A DNA stretch of 64,000 bases, taken from assembly GCA_963708075.1 (NCBI GenBank), contig OY970194.1, positions 1 to 64,000 on the forward strand, read 5' to 3'. Source of the stretch: Sedimentisphaerales bacterium (lineage in GTDB: Bacteria > Planctomycetota > Phycisphaerae > Sedimentisphaerales > Anaerobacaceae). The notes below the pieces were generated by a model. That model ran no database searches. It saw nothing but the letters and a program-made list of their open reading frames with translations, and was not told the origin of the DNA. Below are positions 21,168-31,729 of the stretch, piece after piece (the first letter of the stretch is position 1; each line of letters begins with the position of its first letter). The position numbers and the translations under genes are program-made.

Positions 21168-21971
21168 TCAGACGGCTCTGCGTCTGCGGAGCCAGCCGAT
21201 CAGGCCAACGCCGATTCCACCAAGCAGCAGGGCCCCCGGCGCGGGAACGGGATGGGCCGCATAATAGAACTCATTCTCTCTGAAGATATGCCTCGATCCT
21301 GCTTCTGCTCCGAGATTCCATTCCAGGGTCATCATGGTTGTTCTCACCTGGCCAAGGCCCCAATCATACTCCATATAGCAGGGCCTTACATCGCCACCTC
21401 CGATGTCAACCCCGATTACCATCTCAGTTCCGGGTACCAGATCGGTGAAGTATCCATGGGTGGACCAGTTCCAGTTCTGCAAGCTGGTCTCCGTAACCAC
21501 CCCATAGGGCCCATCGATTACCGGATGAGTAGGGTCGAGTAACTGGACTGCATTGGAGTACGTTGGCCCCACATATCCAACACCACCAGGCAGAAGCTGG
21601 CCATCCTGCCAGACGCCATCCCCGTCCCAACCATGGACGGTCGCGTGGGCGACAAGAATCCCTCCATTCTGGACGTACGTGTCCAGCGCCCCCAGACCGG
21701 CGGCTACGTTGTTGTAGAAAGACTGGGGCTGAACAGAAGCCAGGACGACGAATTGGTACTGGCTCAGGTCTGTGCTCCCCAGGTTGGCTGAGGGAATCCA
21801 GTCGTAGGCAATGCCTAGATCGGTCAGTGTCTGACTGTTGCTGATTCCGGAGCCATCCCACGGCCGCACATCCTCAAGTAATAGAGCTTTCGTTTGCGCA
21901 TGAGCGGCGCCTGGAATCAGCGGCACCATCATGAACAGCATTACTGTCAACAAGACTCTTTGGTCTCTCAT
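21168..21971 (-). CDS. PEP-CTERM-type (VPAPG) protein with a GATase-like fold region
   Basis: AHA signal peptide; C-terminus VPAPGALLLGGIGVGLIGWLRRRR; YVQNGGILV motif. Confidence 0.85.
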   Translation of the reverse strand: MRDQRVLLTVMLFMMVPLIPGAAHAQTKALLLEDVRPWDGSGISNSQTLTDLGIAYDWIPSANLGSTDLSQYQFVVLASVQPQSFYNNVAAGLGALDTYVQNGGILVAHATVHGWDGDGVWQDGQLLPGGVGYVGPTYSNAVQLLDPTHPVIDGPYGVVTETSLQNWNWSTHGYFTDLVPGTEMVIGVDIGGGDVRPCYMEYDWGLGQVRTTMMTLEWNLGAEAGSRHIFRENEFYYAAHPVPAPGALLLGGIGVGLIGWLRRRRAV

Positions 21972-22529
21972 TCTGCGTCTTTCCTTTCTTCGGAATCAGC
22001 GTATTGTTGTCTTCGCTGATTCAATAGTGATCGTGACGGTTTATGCGATTACACTCCTCTTTGTGATCCACCCGACATTGCCCGCGCGTGGCCGCCAACG
22101 GAACGTGCCGGGTGGCCCAGAACGCGGCGGTTGCCCCTGTCGGGACGACAGTTCAATGGGCACGAATATTCTGCTTGTGATTCCTCCGGATAGTCCCCAA
22201 CCACCTGTCCGAAGGCGCATACCATCCACGGGGTGCTTGACTTTTATGCACGGATTTGCGAAGATCGGTGTTCGGCGGTCATGGACTGGGATCCAGGCGC
22301 CCTGTTGCATCTGCAATGGGGCGCCCCGGCCGCCTCAACCAGATATCATCCATCCGGATTCTATCGCTTCCTTCGCCGTCTTTTCATCTATCACCCATCC
22401 CGTCAGTTGATGGCATGTTCCATGTGTGCTGCGGGAAACGATCGGCGGTGGTCGGGCGCGGTTGCGCCGGTTCCGTTGTGGATGAGTATGGAGGGGTATT
22501 GAGTGCGCAGAGAGTGTGCCGTAGTCCGC

Positions 22530-22785
22530 GTAATGAGCTGTCCATGCCGCCCCTCCGTGACTTCCTGCCTTCACCATCTCTCCTGACCTGCCTCTCTCCG
22601 TTACCCTCTATCGCTCTGCGGGCGAGCCTCGCCCGCCGCGAACCATAAAGGCGCTCTACGCCACTCTCCTGGTAGCATTCATCCGTGAGGCTCTGAGAAG
22701 TATCATCTTTGCTCGCCCTCGGCAACGCTTCCAAGCCAAAGGCGCCAAAGACATCCGTGGAGTGCATCCCTTCCGTGAAATGACG
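22530..22785 (-). ncRNA. Candidate CsrA/RsmA-binding RNA (CsrB/RsmZ-like sRNA or leader)
   Basis: About 10 ANGGA/AGGA motifs in about 240 nt immediately downstream of a strong promoter, several in hairpin loops. The 3' end is not defined. Confidence 0.45.
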
Positions 22786-22790
22786 CGGTA

Positions 22791-22820
22791 ATTCTACGAG
22801 GGCTCTCCCGCCATTGTCAA
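22791..22820 (-). promoter_or_regulatory. Sigma70 promoter
   Basis: TTGACA-N18-TAGAAT on the minus strand with an AT-rich upstream tract. Confidence 0.7.
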
Positions 22821-23008
22821 GTAAAAAAGCGAAATAATCTATTTCTGTCGGCGACAATCGGGAGGGACCCCAGACTCGATGCGCTCGCATGAGTCGTGGC
22901 TCGCGCAAGCGACAATGCCGCCGCTACAGCCACGGCGGGAGAGTCGTGCCCGCGGTAATTCGCGGGACGGAACTGGATTAGAGGCATCGCATACCCGGAG
23001 TGGCGCCT

Positions 23009-24073
23009 CTATTGCGAGGAGAATGCCTGACGGACCACGGCTCGCGGGGCGCGGAAGATCGTGCCGTGGTGTGCCTCGGGCGGCATCTTCACTTCGCTGG
23101 TCCTGTCCGTCCAGTGGACGAGGTCTTTCGATGTCGCCAGGCCGAACCGGTTTGTTGGCAGACGGAATCGGTCGAAATAGAGCCACCACTCGGCGCCGAC
23201 GCGCAGCAGCGTCGGTCCTTCCACCCACTGGTTCGACTGTACGTCCGAGTCTGGGCCCGCCACCGGGGCGGACCACGGCTTGTTCGGATCGGTGAGCGAG
23301 CGGAACTTAGGCGGGAAGGGATTCGTCAGATCGGCCGGTGCGGCGGTCAGCCGGATGTTCTTGCCGCCGAGTTCCTGCATCTGCTCATCCTTGGCCGCCA
23401 TGACCCAGCGTCCGTCCGCTGGGTCCGCGGTGCCCGCGTCGAACGCCATGCACGCATCGATCTCGCTGAAGCCCGGCGAGAAGAACACCGTCGCGTCTGT
23501 GAAATCCTTGAAGTCCGTCGTCCGGGAGATGAAGGTGCGGTGGTGGCGCAGGTCCGGCTTGACCTTGCGGCTCGGGTCCTTCTCCAGCCCACCGGAGTTG
23601 TGGCCCCCATCGCCTTCAACGCCGGCGGTCGCGGAGGACCAGAGGATCGCATAATTCTTCTGCACCGGGTCCCAGTGGACCTCCGGGGCCCAGGTGTTGT
23701 GCGGCTGGTCGTCAGCGGGCCAACTGCGGAACGGCCGTACGCACACCGGCTCCGACCACCGCTTCAGATCGGGCGAGGTCGCGGCCCCGAAGCATGTCCC
23801 GACCCAACTGGAGGTCCAAACCATGTGGAACAGGCCGTCGTAAAAGACGATCGACGGGTCCCGCGTGAGGTTCTGCCCCTCCCACGCCGGCGGCATGAAC
23901 ACAGCTCGGCCCTCGTTGAGGTCCCTGAATGTCAAGCCGTCCTCGCTGCAGGCCAGGAACACGCCCGTTTCCCCGTTGCCCTTGAAGTAGCTCAGCAGAA
24001 AGACATCCTCTGCCGCCTCGACACCACAGGAACAGATCAAAACGACAATGCAACTCCAGATATAGCTCTTCAT
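23009..24073 (-). CDS. Secreted glycoside hydrolase family 43-like protein
   Basis: Signal peptide; RDPSI, FHMVWT, WAPE, IDA, EGPT, HGT. Confidence 0.85.
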   Translation of the reverse strand: MKSYIWSCIVVLICSCGVEAAEDVFLLSYFKGNGETGVFLACSEDGLTFRDLNEGRAVFMPPAWEGQNLTRDPSIVFYDGLFHMVWTSSWVGTCFGAATSPDLKRWSEPVCVRPFRSWPADDQPHNTWAPEVHWDPVQKNYAILWSSATAGVEGDGGHNSGGLEKDPSRKVKPDLRHHRTFISRTTDFKDFTDATVFFSPGFSEIDACMAFDAGTADPADGRWVMAAKDEQMQELGGKNIRLTAAPADLTNPFPPKFRSLTDPNKPWSAPVAGPDSDVQSNQWVEGPTLLRVGAEWWLYFDRFRLPTNRFGLATSKDLVHWTDRTSEVKMPPEAHHGTIFRAPRAVVRQAFSSQ

Positions 24074-24320
24074 GCAGTTCCCCTCTTCGAAAGAGCAGAT
24101 GCCCAAGCTCGAACTCTACCAAACGACACCCCCGAATTATACGTGCGTAACGGCGGCTTCGCAAGTTCTCGACACCGATCCGAACCAGGCCGCCATGTGC
24201 CAGTCGCCGCATTTCTGCGTGGACGAAAGCGCCTTAGTCCGCGGTGTTTGCTCGCTCGCCCGCTTGACGGTCGCCTGCATGGAAAGGCAGCGGCAGGAAC
24301 GTTGACTACGTTCGTTGCCC

Positions 24321-24347
24321 AGATGCTTCACTTCGTTCAGCATGACA
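24321..24347. repeat. Solo REP-like palindrome
   Basis: AGATGCTTCACTTCGTTCAGCATGACA, an imperfect hairpin in an intergenic region. Confidence 0.4.
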
Positions 24348-24627
24348 AAGGGGCCCTGTTCCCTACGAAATGGCGTCACACACACACTCTGGCGTTCCCG
24401 ACACTTTTTCCTTGCCTTGGCGGGCCCGTTCAGCCATAATGTCATATAGCGAAGCCGTGGTTGAATGGTTGGAGCCTTGAGAATATGAAACCGGCACGGC
24501 GGGCCGGGGGATTTCGAAAGGTCGAGCGCGGTGGTGATGTACTTGGAATCCCACGAGATATGACACAATAGCACGAAACTGAGGGAAAATCGGTCATTAT
24601 TCCTGTTTTTCGAAGGAGGGGACATCA

Positions 24628-27195
24628 GTGATGCGGATGCAAGCCACACCCAATCGCAGGGCAAGATGGGGAATATGGATCGCTTATCGAAGATGTTTCT
24701 GGTCTCTAATCATATGCCTGCTGACGTTGGCCTTCGTTGTTGCGCCGGCTGTTGCCGCATCGTCCGGTGGCGGCCCCGCGCCTGACCCCAATGCCGGGGC
24801 AGACGACAAGGCCCTCGTCGAATTCCATCTGCCGAACCGGGAGGCCATCGATCTGCTGGTGGCCGCCGGCGCGGATCTCGCCGAATATCAGCGGGAGAAT
24901 GCCGACGGCAGCGTGACAGTCAATGCCATCGTCACGCCGAGCCTGCGCGCGTACTATGAGTCATTAGGGTTCCAGGCTGGGGCCACAATCGAGGACCGCT
25001 CCACCTGGGAGGCTGCGAAAGCGGATCGCGAGGCTGCGATCTCGGCCGAGAAGCGATCGCGGAGCACCGCCGAGTTGGGCCGACGCCCGGGCGACTTGAG
25101 CGCCGCGGGATTTGACGCCGGAGGCAAGGTCACGATCATGCGCGCCGACTATTTCACAAATTACGCCGGCAGATTTCTATCGGTTGCCGCAAGGACCTCG
25201 CTCGGTACGAGTACGGGTGGGCCGGTCCTTTCCATGGCCGTGAAGGAGCAAGGCGGGAACTACGGCGTGGCCATCACGATGTCAAGGTACGTCGACGCCG
25301 GCCAGTATATGTACCACCGCCTGCTCGTGGGGCTCAGTGGGCCCGGCACGGCGGCGCCCGCCATGGTCCGGATCGGGTCGAGCACAGGTGTAGCTGCTGA
25401 GGGGCTGGTGAACACATGGGTCGGGGGTGGCCTGCCGCCGGTGGCCGACGGCTACCTGAAGGGGTTCGTCACGCACTACATGGATCCCGTGGAGGTCAGG
25501 GAGCGCACCAACGCTCTTGCGATGGAATTCCCGGACTTGGCCGAGATCATTGACCTGCCTTACGCGACGAATGGGTACCAGCGCAGGGCCATGGCCACCA
25601 TGGCCGGGACAACTGCAATCGGCAGCGCACCGCGTGCCGAGTACCAGCCGCAGGCGGTGGTGTTGTTCACCAAGGCCTGGGGTCACGAGGGTGGCAACGA
25701 TGTCCAGGCCGAGTTCCTCGACCCCTGGGCGGCCAACTCCCCGCTCACCGTCTCGGTTGCCGGCACCCGGATCACGGTCCGGCTGGCTACTGATTCGAGA
25801 TACGCCCTGGTCAGCACGGCCGCACAGGTCAGAGATGCGATCAACAACGACTCAGCCGCCAGCGCTCTTGTGACCGCATATACGTGGGCCGGCGACGCCG
25901 GAGCCGGTATCGTGCAGCCGAGGTATCTGGTGACCCTCTCCGATTTCCTGCGCGCACCATCGAGCGTCCCGCGCGGACCGTCCCGGACGCAGGTACTTCG
26001 AATCGGCAAGCATCGTGACGGCTCCAAGGTTGGCGTATTCATCTTCGGCCAGCAACACGCGCGCGAGTGGACGACCCCGCTCGTGTGTATCGAGACCGCC
26101 GAGCGGTTGCTGCGCAACTATCCGATTGACCCGACGACCAGGTCTTTTGTAGACAATCTTGACATCTTTATCCTCCCGTCGTCGAACCCGGATGGCTCCC
26201 TCTATTCGTTTCATGACGACAACATGCAGCGCAAGAACATGACCGACTACTGTCCGCCGACCACGGTGGACGGAATGCCGGCGAACCGCAACTCGTGGGG
26301 CGTCGATCTCAACCGCAACAACACGGTCGGTTCCGTCTATGACGGTTACGATGGCGCATCGACCGACCCTGCAACCGCAGTCTACGCCGGGCCATCCGAG
26401 GCGTCCGAACCGGAGATCAAGAATGAATTGTGGGTTGTCGACACGTATGCCAACATCAAGTTCGCCGTCAACGTCCATAGTTACGGCGGGTATTTCATGT
26501 GGTCCCCGGGTTCCTATATCCGGCAGGGCCGCGTGACGCTCCCGGCGCCGAACATCGGCGTAGAGGCCTACTTCTTCGCCGGGGCGGACCTGATTCTCAA
26601 CCGGATCAAGGAGGAGCGATCGACGGTCGTGTTCCCGGAGCGCACCGGCCCGATCACTGATGTGATGTACTCGGCGGCGGGAAGCAGCGCGGACGATCAG
26701 TGGTACCGTCGGGGGATCATCTCCTATGCCTTCGAGACGGGCGCCGACCGGTTTGTCTCAACGCCGTGGGGCATACAACTGATGGAGGTCGGCTTCCAGC
26801 CCCAGTTCGCGACGGAAGGTTTGTACGAAGCACTGGAGTTCGCGTCCGGCAACTACGGCCTGCTGGAAACGGCTCTGGAGTACACCTTTGATGATGAGCC
26901 GCCGGTGGCGAATATCGTGCCGGACGGCGCGGTCTCGCAGACGCCTATCCGGGCGACCTTCCAGTACGTCAATGAGCCTTCGGTGATCTATTACACGCTC
27001 GACGGCTCGACGCCCATGACATCTTCAGCGACGTGGGAGGCGACCGGACCGCGACAGCCGGGCCAGGTGTTCCTGTTCGACCAGACGGCCACGATCAAGT
27101 GGATTGCCAAGGACATCAAGGGCAACATATCGGAGGTTCGCTCGGCCAGCTTCGTCATCGAGCCCGTCCCGCCGGCGTCCTCGAACTCTTGGTGA
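24628..27195 (+). CDS. Secreted M14 zinc carboxypeptidase with a C-terminal Fn3/chitobiase-like domain
   Basis: QHAREW, NPDG, RKN, GVDLNRN, SEPE, VHSYG; IYYTLDGSTP. Confidence 0.9.
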   Translation: MMRMQATPNRRARWGIWIAYRRCFWSLIICLLTLAFVVAPAVAASSGGGPAPDPNAGADDKALVEFHLPNREAIDLLVAAGADLAEYQRENADGSVTVNAIVTPSLRAYYESLGFQAGATIEDRSTWEAAKADREAAISAEKRSRSTAELGRRPGDLSAAGFDAGGKVTIMRADYFTNYAGRFLSVAARTSLGTSTGGPVLSMAVKEQGGNYGVAITMSRYVDAGQYMYHRLLVGLSGPGTAAPAMVRIGSSTGVAAEGLVNTWVGGGLPPVADGYLKGFVTHYMDPVEVRERTNALAMEFPDLAEIIDLPYATNGYQRRAMATMAGTTAIGSAPRAEYQPQAVVLFTKAWGHEGGNDVQAEFLDPWAANSPLTVSVAGTRITVRLATDSRYALVSTAAQVRDAINNDSAASALVTAYTWAGDAGAGIVQPRYLVTLSDFLRAPSSVPRGPSRTQVLRIGKHRDGSKVGVFIFGQQHAREWTTPLVCIETAERLLRNYPIDPTTRSFVDNLDIFILPSSNPDGSLYSFHDDNMQRKNMTDYCPPTTVDGMPANRNSWGVDLNRNNTVGSVYDGYDGASTDPATAVYAGPSEASEPEIKNELWVVDTYANIKFAVNVHSYGGYFMWSPGSYIRQGRVTLPAPNIGVEAYFFAGADLILNRIKEERSTVVFPERTGPITDVMYSAAGSSADDQWYRRGIISYAFETGADRFVSTPWGIQLMEVGFQPQFATEGLYEALEFASGNYGLLETALEYTFDDEPPVANIVPDGAVSQTPIRATFQYVNEPSVIYYTLDGSTPMTSSATWEATGPRQPGQVFLFDQTATIKWIAKDIKGNISEVRSASFVIEPVPPASSNSW

Positions 27196-27283
27196 GAAGA
27201 CTGCAAAAGGAGTTGTCAGGAATCCGCGTGGGCCCAAGCTCATCCTACGCATGCTGCGCTTCGCTCCTATCGATCTGTGAATC

Positions 27284-27462
27284 GTTGAATGAAATGGCCG
27301 TTAGCCGCCGAGCTCGTTCTTCGGACTTGAGTTCTGAGCCATTTCATTTATCCATTCAACAGTCACTAAGAGACTGACCGGGTGGGTGCCATGTCTGCGC
27401 TTGCGCAGGCATGTTTCGTTCGATGGACAAAGCATGCTTACGCGAGCGTAAGCATGGCGCCC
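27284..27462. repeat. Inverted repeat plus a REP-like doublet
   Basis: GTTGAATGAAATGGC pairs with GCCATTTCAT..ATTCAAC (27284-27360). GGGTGCCATGTCTGCGCTTGCGCAGGCATG pairs with CATGCTTACGCGAGCGTAAGCATGGCGCCC (27384-27462). Confidence 0.7.
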
Positions 27463-27662
27463 AAACCCTATCACATCCCGTTTCTTCCCGACACCAGCGG
27501 CGCAGCGACTCGACCTGAGAAATGGAGTGGGCGCCGCAAGATGTAGTCGCACATGATAGGTCCGTCCGCAATTCTGAGCCTTGCCAGCGGCCATGCAAAT
27601 CTGCATAATGCATGGAGATGGACCTGCAATGACAATTGGCTGAACACGGAAAGGTCTTATAG

Positions 27663-29783
27663 ATGAGAGTACATGTTTCGACTGGCTTGGTGGTCTTCGT
27701 TCTGAGTGTATCGGTGGCTGTGGCGGCGGACGAGGGGGAGATTGTCATTGCCGATTTTGAGGAAGCCACCTATGGGCAGTGGGTGGCGACCGGGCAGGCG
27801 TTTGGGAGGGGGCCGGCGAAGGGAAGGCTGCGGGACCAGATGGAGGTCACGGGGTATCTGGGCCAGGGACTGGTGAACAGCTTCTTCGATGGGGACCGCG
27901 CAACAGGGACGCTCACTTCGCCGGAGTTCAAGATCGAGCGTAAGTACATCAGCTTTCTGATCGGCGGGGGGCGGTATCCGGGACAAACGTGCATGAATCT
28001 GCTCATCGGCAGGAGGATTGCGCGGACAGCGACGGGGACGAACGACCAGCCGGGCGGCCTGGAGCGGCTGGAGTGGCAAGTCTGGGACGTCTCCGACCTG
28101 ATGGGACAGATGGCGCGGATCGAGATTGTGGACCAGCGCACTATAGGGTGGGGACATATCACCGTCGACCATATCGTGCAGACCAACGAGCGGAACGTGG
28201 CCAACAAGAGCAGAGAAATCGTCGTGAGCAAGCGGTATCTCAATCTCCCTGTCAAGACTGGGGCGGCGAAGCGGCGCATGCGGATGATTGTCTCAGACAA
28301 GACCGTGCGCGAGTTCGAGATCGAGCTGGCGGACACGGAGCCGGACTTCTGGGCCTTTCTGGACCTGACGCCGTTTGCCGGCAAGAAGGCGACGATACAG
28401 GTTGACAGTCTGCCGCGGTCCTCGCACGGGCTGGACCTGGTCGAGCAAAGCGATGAGATTCGCGGAGCGGAGAATCTGTACAAGGAGAAGCACCGGCCGC
28501 AGTTTCATTTCTCGTCCCGGCGGGGCTGGAACAACGACTCCAACGGGCTGGTGTTCTATAAGGGCGAGTGGCACCTGTACTACCAGCACAACCCGTATGG
28601 CGTGCAGTGGGGCAACATGCACTGGGGGCATGCGGTCAGCGAGGACCTGGTGCACTGGCAGGAGCTGCCGATTGCGCTGTACCCGCAGCAGTTCGGGGAC
28701 TGGTGCTTCTCGGGCAGTGCCGTGGTCGATGTGAACAACACATCGCGATTCAAGAGGGGCGGGGAGGACGCGATCGTGGCGGCGTACACGAGCACGGGGC
28801 GGGGCGAATGCATCGCGTATAGCAACGACCGGGGGCGGACGTTTGCCGAGTTCAGAGGTAATCCGGTGATCCGGCACGAGGGGCGGGACCCGAAGGTGAT
28901 CTGGTACGAGCCTAGGAGACACTGGGTGATGGCGTTGTATCACGAAGTCGAAGGGAAGCGGACCGTGGCGTTCTATACGTCGCCGGACTTGAAGAAATGG
29001 GAGTACGCGAGCCTGATTGACGGGTTCTATGAGTGCCCGGAGATTTTTGAGCTGGCGGTGGATGGGGATGCAGCCAGGCGGAAGTGGGTACTGCACGCCG
29101 CCGATGGCGACTACATGATCGGGACGTTCGACGGCAAGACGTTCGCGCAGGAGTCGGGCAAGCACAAGTACAGTCACGGCAACTGCTTCTACGCGTCACA
29201 GACGTTCAATAACGTGCCGGCGGAAGACGGACGGCGGATTCAGATCGCCTGGGGGCGGATTGAGATGCCGGGGATGCCCTTCAACCAGATGATGCTGTTC
29301 CCGGTGGAGCTCACCCTGCGGACAACGGAGGAAGGCGTGCGGATGTTCGCCCGGCCGGCGCGGGAAATCGAGCGGTTGTATGAGGGCGGGCGGCAATGGA
29401 AGGACCTGAGCCTGCCGGTAGGCAAGAACCCGGTACCGGGCATCGAGGGCGAGCTGTTTCACATCCGTGCGGCGTTCAGGCTTGGCGAGGCGAAGAAGGT
29501 GGGTTTCGCAATCCGAGGTGTCGACGTGACGTATGATGTGAAGGAGCAGCGGCTAACGTGCCTGGACAAGACAGCCCCGCTGGCGCCGGTCGAAGGTGTA
29601 GTGCGGCTGGAGCTACTCGTAGATCGCACATCCATTGAAGTCTTCGGCAACGACGGCCGGGTATACATGCCGATGGGCGTGATCCCGCCGGACGCGGACA
29701 AATCCCTGCACATCTTTGCCGAGGGGGCTCCGCTTCGCATCGACACTCTCAACGTGCACACCCTGCGCTCCGCCTGGCAATAG
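27663..29783 (+). CDS. Secreted GH32 beta-fructosidase/levanase with N-terminal accessory domains
   Basis: HRPQFHF, WNNDSNG, MHWGHAVS, FSGSAV, RDPKV, ECP, VDRTSIEVF. Confidence 0.92.
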   Translation: MRVHVSTGLVVFVLSVSVAVAADEGEIVIADFEEATYGQWVATGQAFGRGPAKGRLRDQMEVTGYLGQGLVNSFFDGDRATGTLTSPEFKIERKYISFLIGGGRYPGQTCMNLLIGRRIARTATGTNDQPGGLERLEWQVWDVSDLMGQMARIEIVDQRTIGWGHITVDHIVQTNERNVANKSREIVVSKRYLNLPVKTGAAKRRMRMIVSDKTVREFEIELADTEPDFWAFLDLTPFAGKKATIQVDSLPRSSHGLDLVEQSDEIRGAENLYKEKHRPQFHFSSRRGWNNDSNGLVFYKGEWHLYYQHNPYGVQWGNMHWGHAVSEDLVHWQELPIALYPQQFGDWCFSGSAVVDVNNTSRFKRGGEDAIVAAYTSTGRGECIAYSNDRGRTFAEFRGNPVIRHEGRDPKVIWYEPRRHWVMALYHEVEGKRTVAFYTSPDLKKWEYASLIDGFYECPEIFELAVDGDAARRKWVLHAADGDYMIGTFDGKTFAQESGKHKYSHGNCFYASQTFNNVPAEDGRRIQIAWGRIEMPGMPFNQMMLFPVELTLRTTEEGVRMFARPAREIERLYEGGRQWKDLSLPVGKNPVPGIEGELFHIRAAFRLGEAKKVGFAIRGVDVTYDVKEQRLTCLDKTAPLAPVEGVVRLELLVDRTSIEVFGNDGRVYMPMGVIPPDADKSLHIFAEGAPLRIDTLNVHTLRSAWQ

Positions 29784-29838
29784 AACCGCGGTCGCCCTGA
29801 TCATCTCCGGCGTTACCGCTCATGGAGTAAGGATACCG

Positions 29839-30718
29839 ATGATAGATCGAGGAGCGAGCGGTCGTTACGGCTTCTCCAGGGTTTCATTTGTGTATTGGGC
29901 TGTTGTCACGCTGCTGATGATCTTGCTCCCCGCGGCGTCCGGCGTCGAGTTGCCGAACGACGGGCGTGTCGTCCAGGTGCGGCGCGTCCAGAAAGCAGAT
30001 TATATCAGTGTTGTAGTGAAGAACCGCAAGGCCCATGAAGTGACCGTGGCTCTGACGATTGTGGCCGAGAACGTGTCCGTCACGCGAATCACCCCTGAGA
30101 ACCGCCACGTATCCCGGCAACTCGCAAACCGAGGCGGCCAGGATATACGCGGCGGACCCCAGCACGATGTGGAACTGGCGCTGCAATTTCCACTGGATGA
30201 AGGGCAGGGTGGGCGCCAAGCATGACAGCAAGATCCTCTACCTGCTTCCCTTCAAGAAAGGCGAGTCATGCCGCGTAATCCAGGGCTACCACGGCCGGCT
30301 GACGCATCGCGACTCGGATCGCTACGCCGTTGATTTTGCCATGCCGGAAGGGACGACGGTCTGTGCGGCCCGAGAAGGGATCGTTGTCGATCTTAAGGAA
30401 TCCTCGACGGTCGGCGGGCCGGAGAAGAAATTCAAGGATCAATCCAATTTCGTTTCCATCGCTCACTCCGACGGCACTATCGGGGAGTACCACCATCTCA
30501 AACACGACGGGGTGCTCGTTGAGATCGGGCAGCAGGTCACGGCTGGTCAGCCCATCGCCTTGTCAGGCAGCAGCGGGTACTCAACCTCCCCGCACCTGCA
30601 TTTCGGCGTCTATTCCGCCGCCAACGCCGAGCGCGTCCAATCCCATCCCGTCACCTTCAGCACCCATCAGGGAATTGTCGGCAGACCTCTCGAAGGAAGA
30701 ACTTACACCGCCAAGTGA
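29839..30718 (+). CDS. M23 family metallopeptidase (one +1 frameshift near 30100)
   Basis: N-terminal part is in the frame of ORF 29716 and C-terminal part in the frame of ORF 30059. Motifs H..SDRYAVDF, YHHL and PHLHF. Confidence 0.8.
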
Positions 30719-30730
30719 TACAGGTCAGCA

Positions 30731-31729
30731 TCATGCCTGCCAAGGCCGCGGGCGGGTCAGGTCTTTCAGGACGGTCTTCGTGGTGACGGCGTTTTCACGG
30801 ACTTGGAAGTCCAACATGCCGACGCAGGCGAAGTCGGCGCCGTTCTGGAAAGCGTACTTGAAGCCTTCCGCCGGATGGATTGCGCCGGCGGCCAGGACCT
30901 TGTAGGCGATCCAAGGCTTGGAGCAGGTCTTCATGAACTCGATGGTCCGGTCCGGATCCATGCACCACATGTTGTCGTGCGGGGGCAGGTCGAACGGACC
31001 TTTCTTCTCCTCCGGCGTGGCCGACCAGTATTTGTCGCTGTGCAGCGTCTTCATGTAGAAATCAACGGGGATGCCCGCCTTCTCACAGGCGATCGGCACC
31101 TCGATGGAGTGGCAGGCGACGCCGGCGATCAGGCCATTGGTCTTTGTGTGCTCGACCACCTTGGCGACCACGTCCAGTTGGTTCTGCCGGGTCAGCCGGT
31201 CGCCCATCTCGCCCTGGATGAACGCCCCGTGAGCGCCGGCGTCGATGGCCATCCGGAGCTTGGCAAACGGGTCGTCGGGCTTGGGAAAGTATTGGGCGAG
31301 CCACTGGATCCGGCCGCCTCGCTCGTCCCAGTATTTCTTGATCGTGCGGCCGGTGGGGTCGTTGCCGCCGGCGTACGGGTCGTCGATCGTGGAGATCAGC
31401 GTGTTGATGCCGCATTGCTCGCACAACTCCCACGTCTCCATGATCTTCTCATCCGTGAAGTAGTGCTTCAAGAGCGAGGAAACGTAGATCATGTCGCGGG
31501 CGTGGGCGTAACCGTTGATGAGGTTGCCACCGCAGATGAGCCGGCTGATTCTCAGCTTGCCAATAGTGCCCACGGGCATGTCGGTAGCGGGCTGGGGTGC
31601 TTTCACCTCCCCGGTTTTGGCTGTATTCTGGGCTATAAGAGCCTTCTCTTCAAGGCTCAGGCCCAGCACGCCCGTGCCGAAAGCACACGTCTTCAGGAAG
31701 TTGCGGCGGTTCACGCTGTTTGCATCCAT
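30731..31729 (-). CDS. Tat-signal aldo/keto-reductase-like protein
   Basis: NRRNFLK signal; ISRLICGGN; IAYKVLAAGAI; GADF..VGM. Confidence 0.75.
   Translation of the reverse strand: MDANSVNRRNFLKTCAFGTGVLGLSLEEKALIAQNTAKTGEVKAPQPATDMPVGTIGKLRISRLICGGNLINGYAHARDMIYVSSLLKHYFTDEKIMETWELCEQCGINTLISTIDDPYAGGNDPTGRTIKKYWDERGGRIQWLAQYFPKPDDPFAKLRMAIDAGAHGAFIQGEMGDRLTRQNQLDVVAKVVEHTKTNGLIAGVACHSIEVPIACEKAGIPVDFYMKTLHSDKYWSATPEEKKGPFDLPPHDNMWCMDPDRTIEFMKTCSKPWIAYKVLAAGAIHPAEGFKYAFQNGADFACVGMLDFQVRENAVTTKTVLKDLTRPRPWQA

Noticed and set aside
22157..22175. Sigma54 promoter for the PEP-CTERM genes
   Set aside because: The GGCACG..TGC spacing is wrong and it lies on the wrong strand.
22335..22577. 80-aa ORF with an SD-like AGGAG
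   Set aside because: No recognisable motif and atypical composition. The AGGAG is one of many GGA repeats. Not fully excluded.
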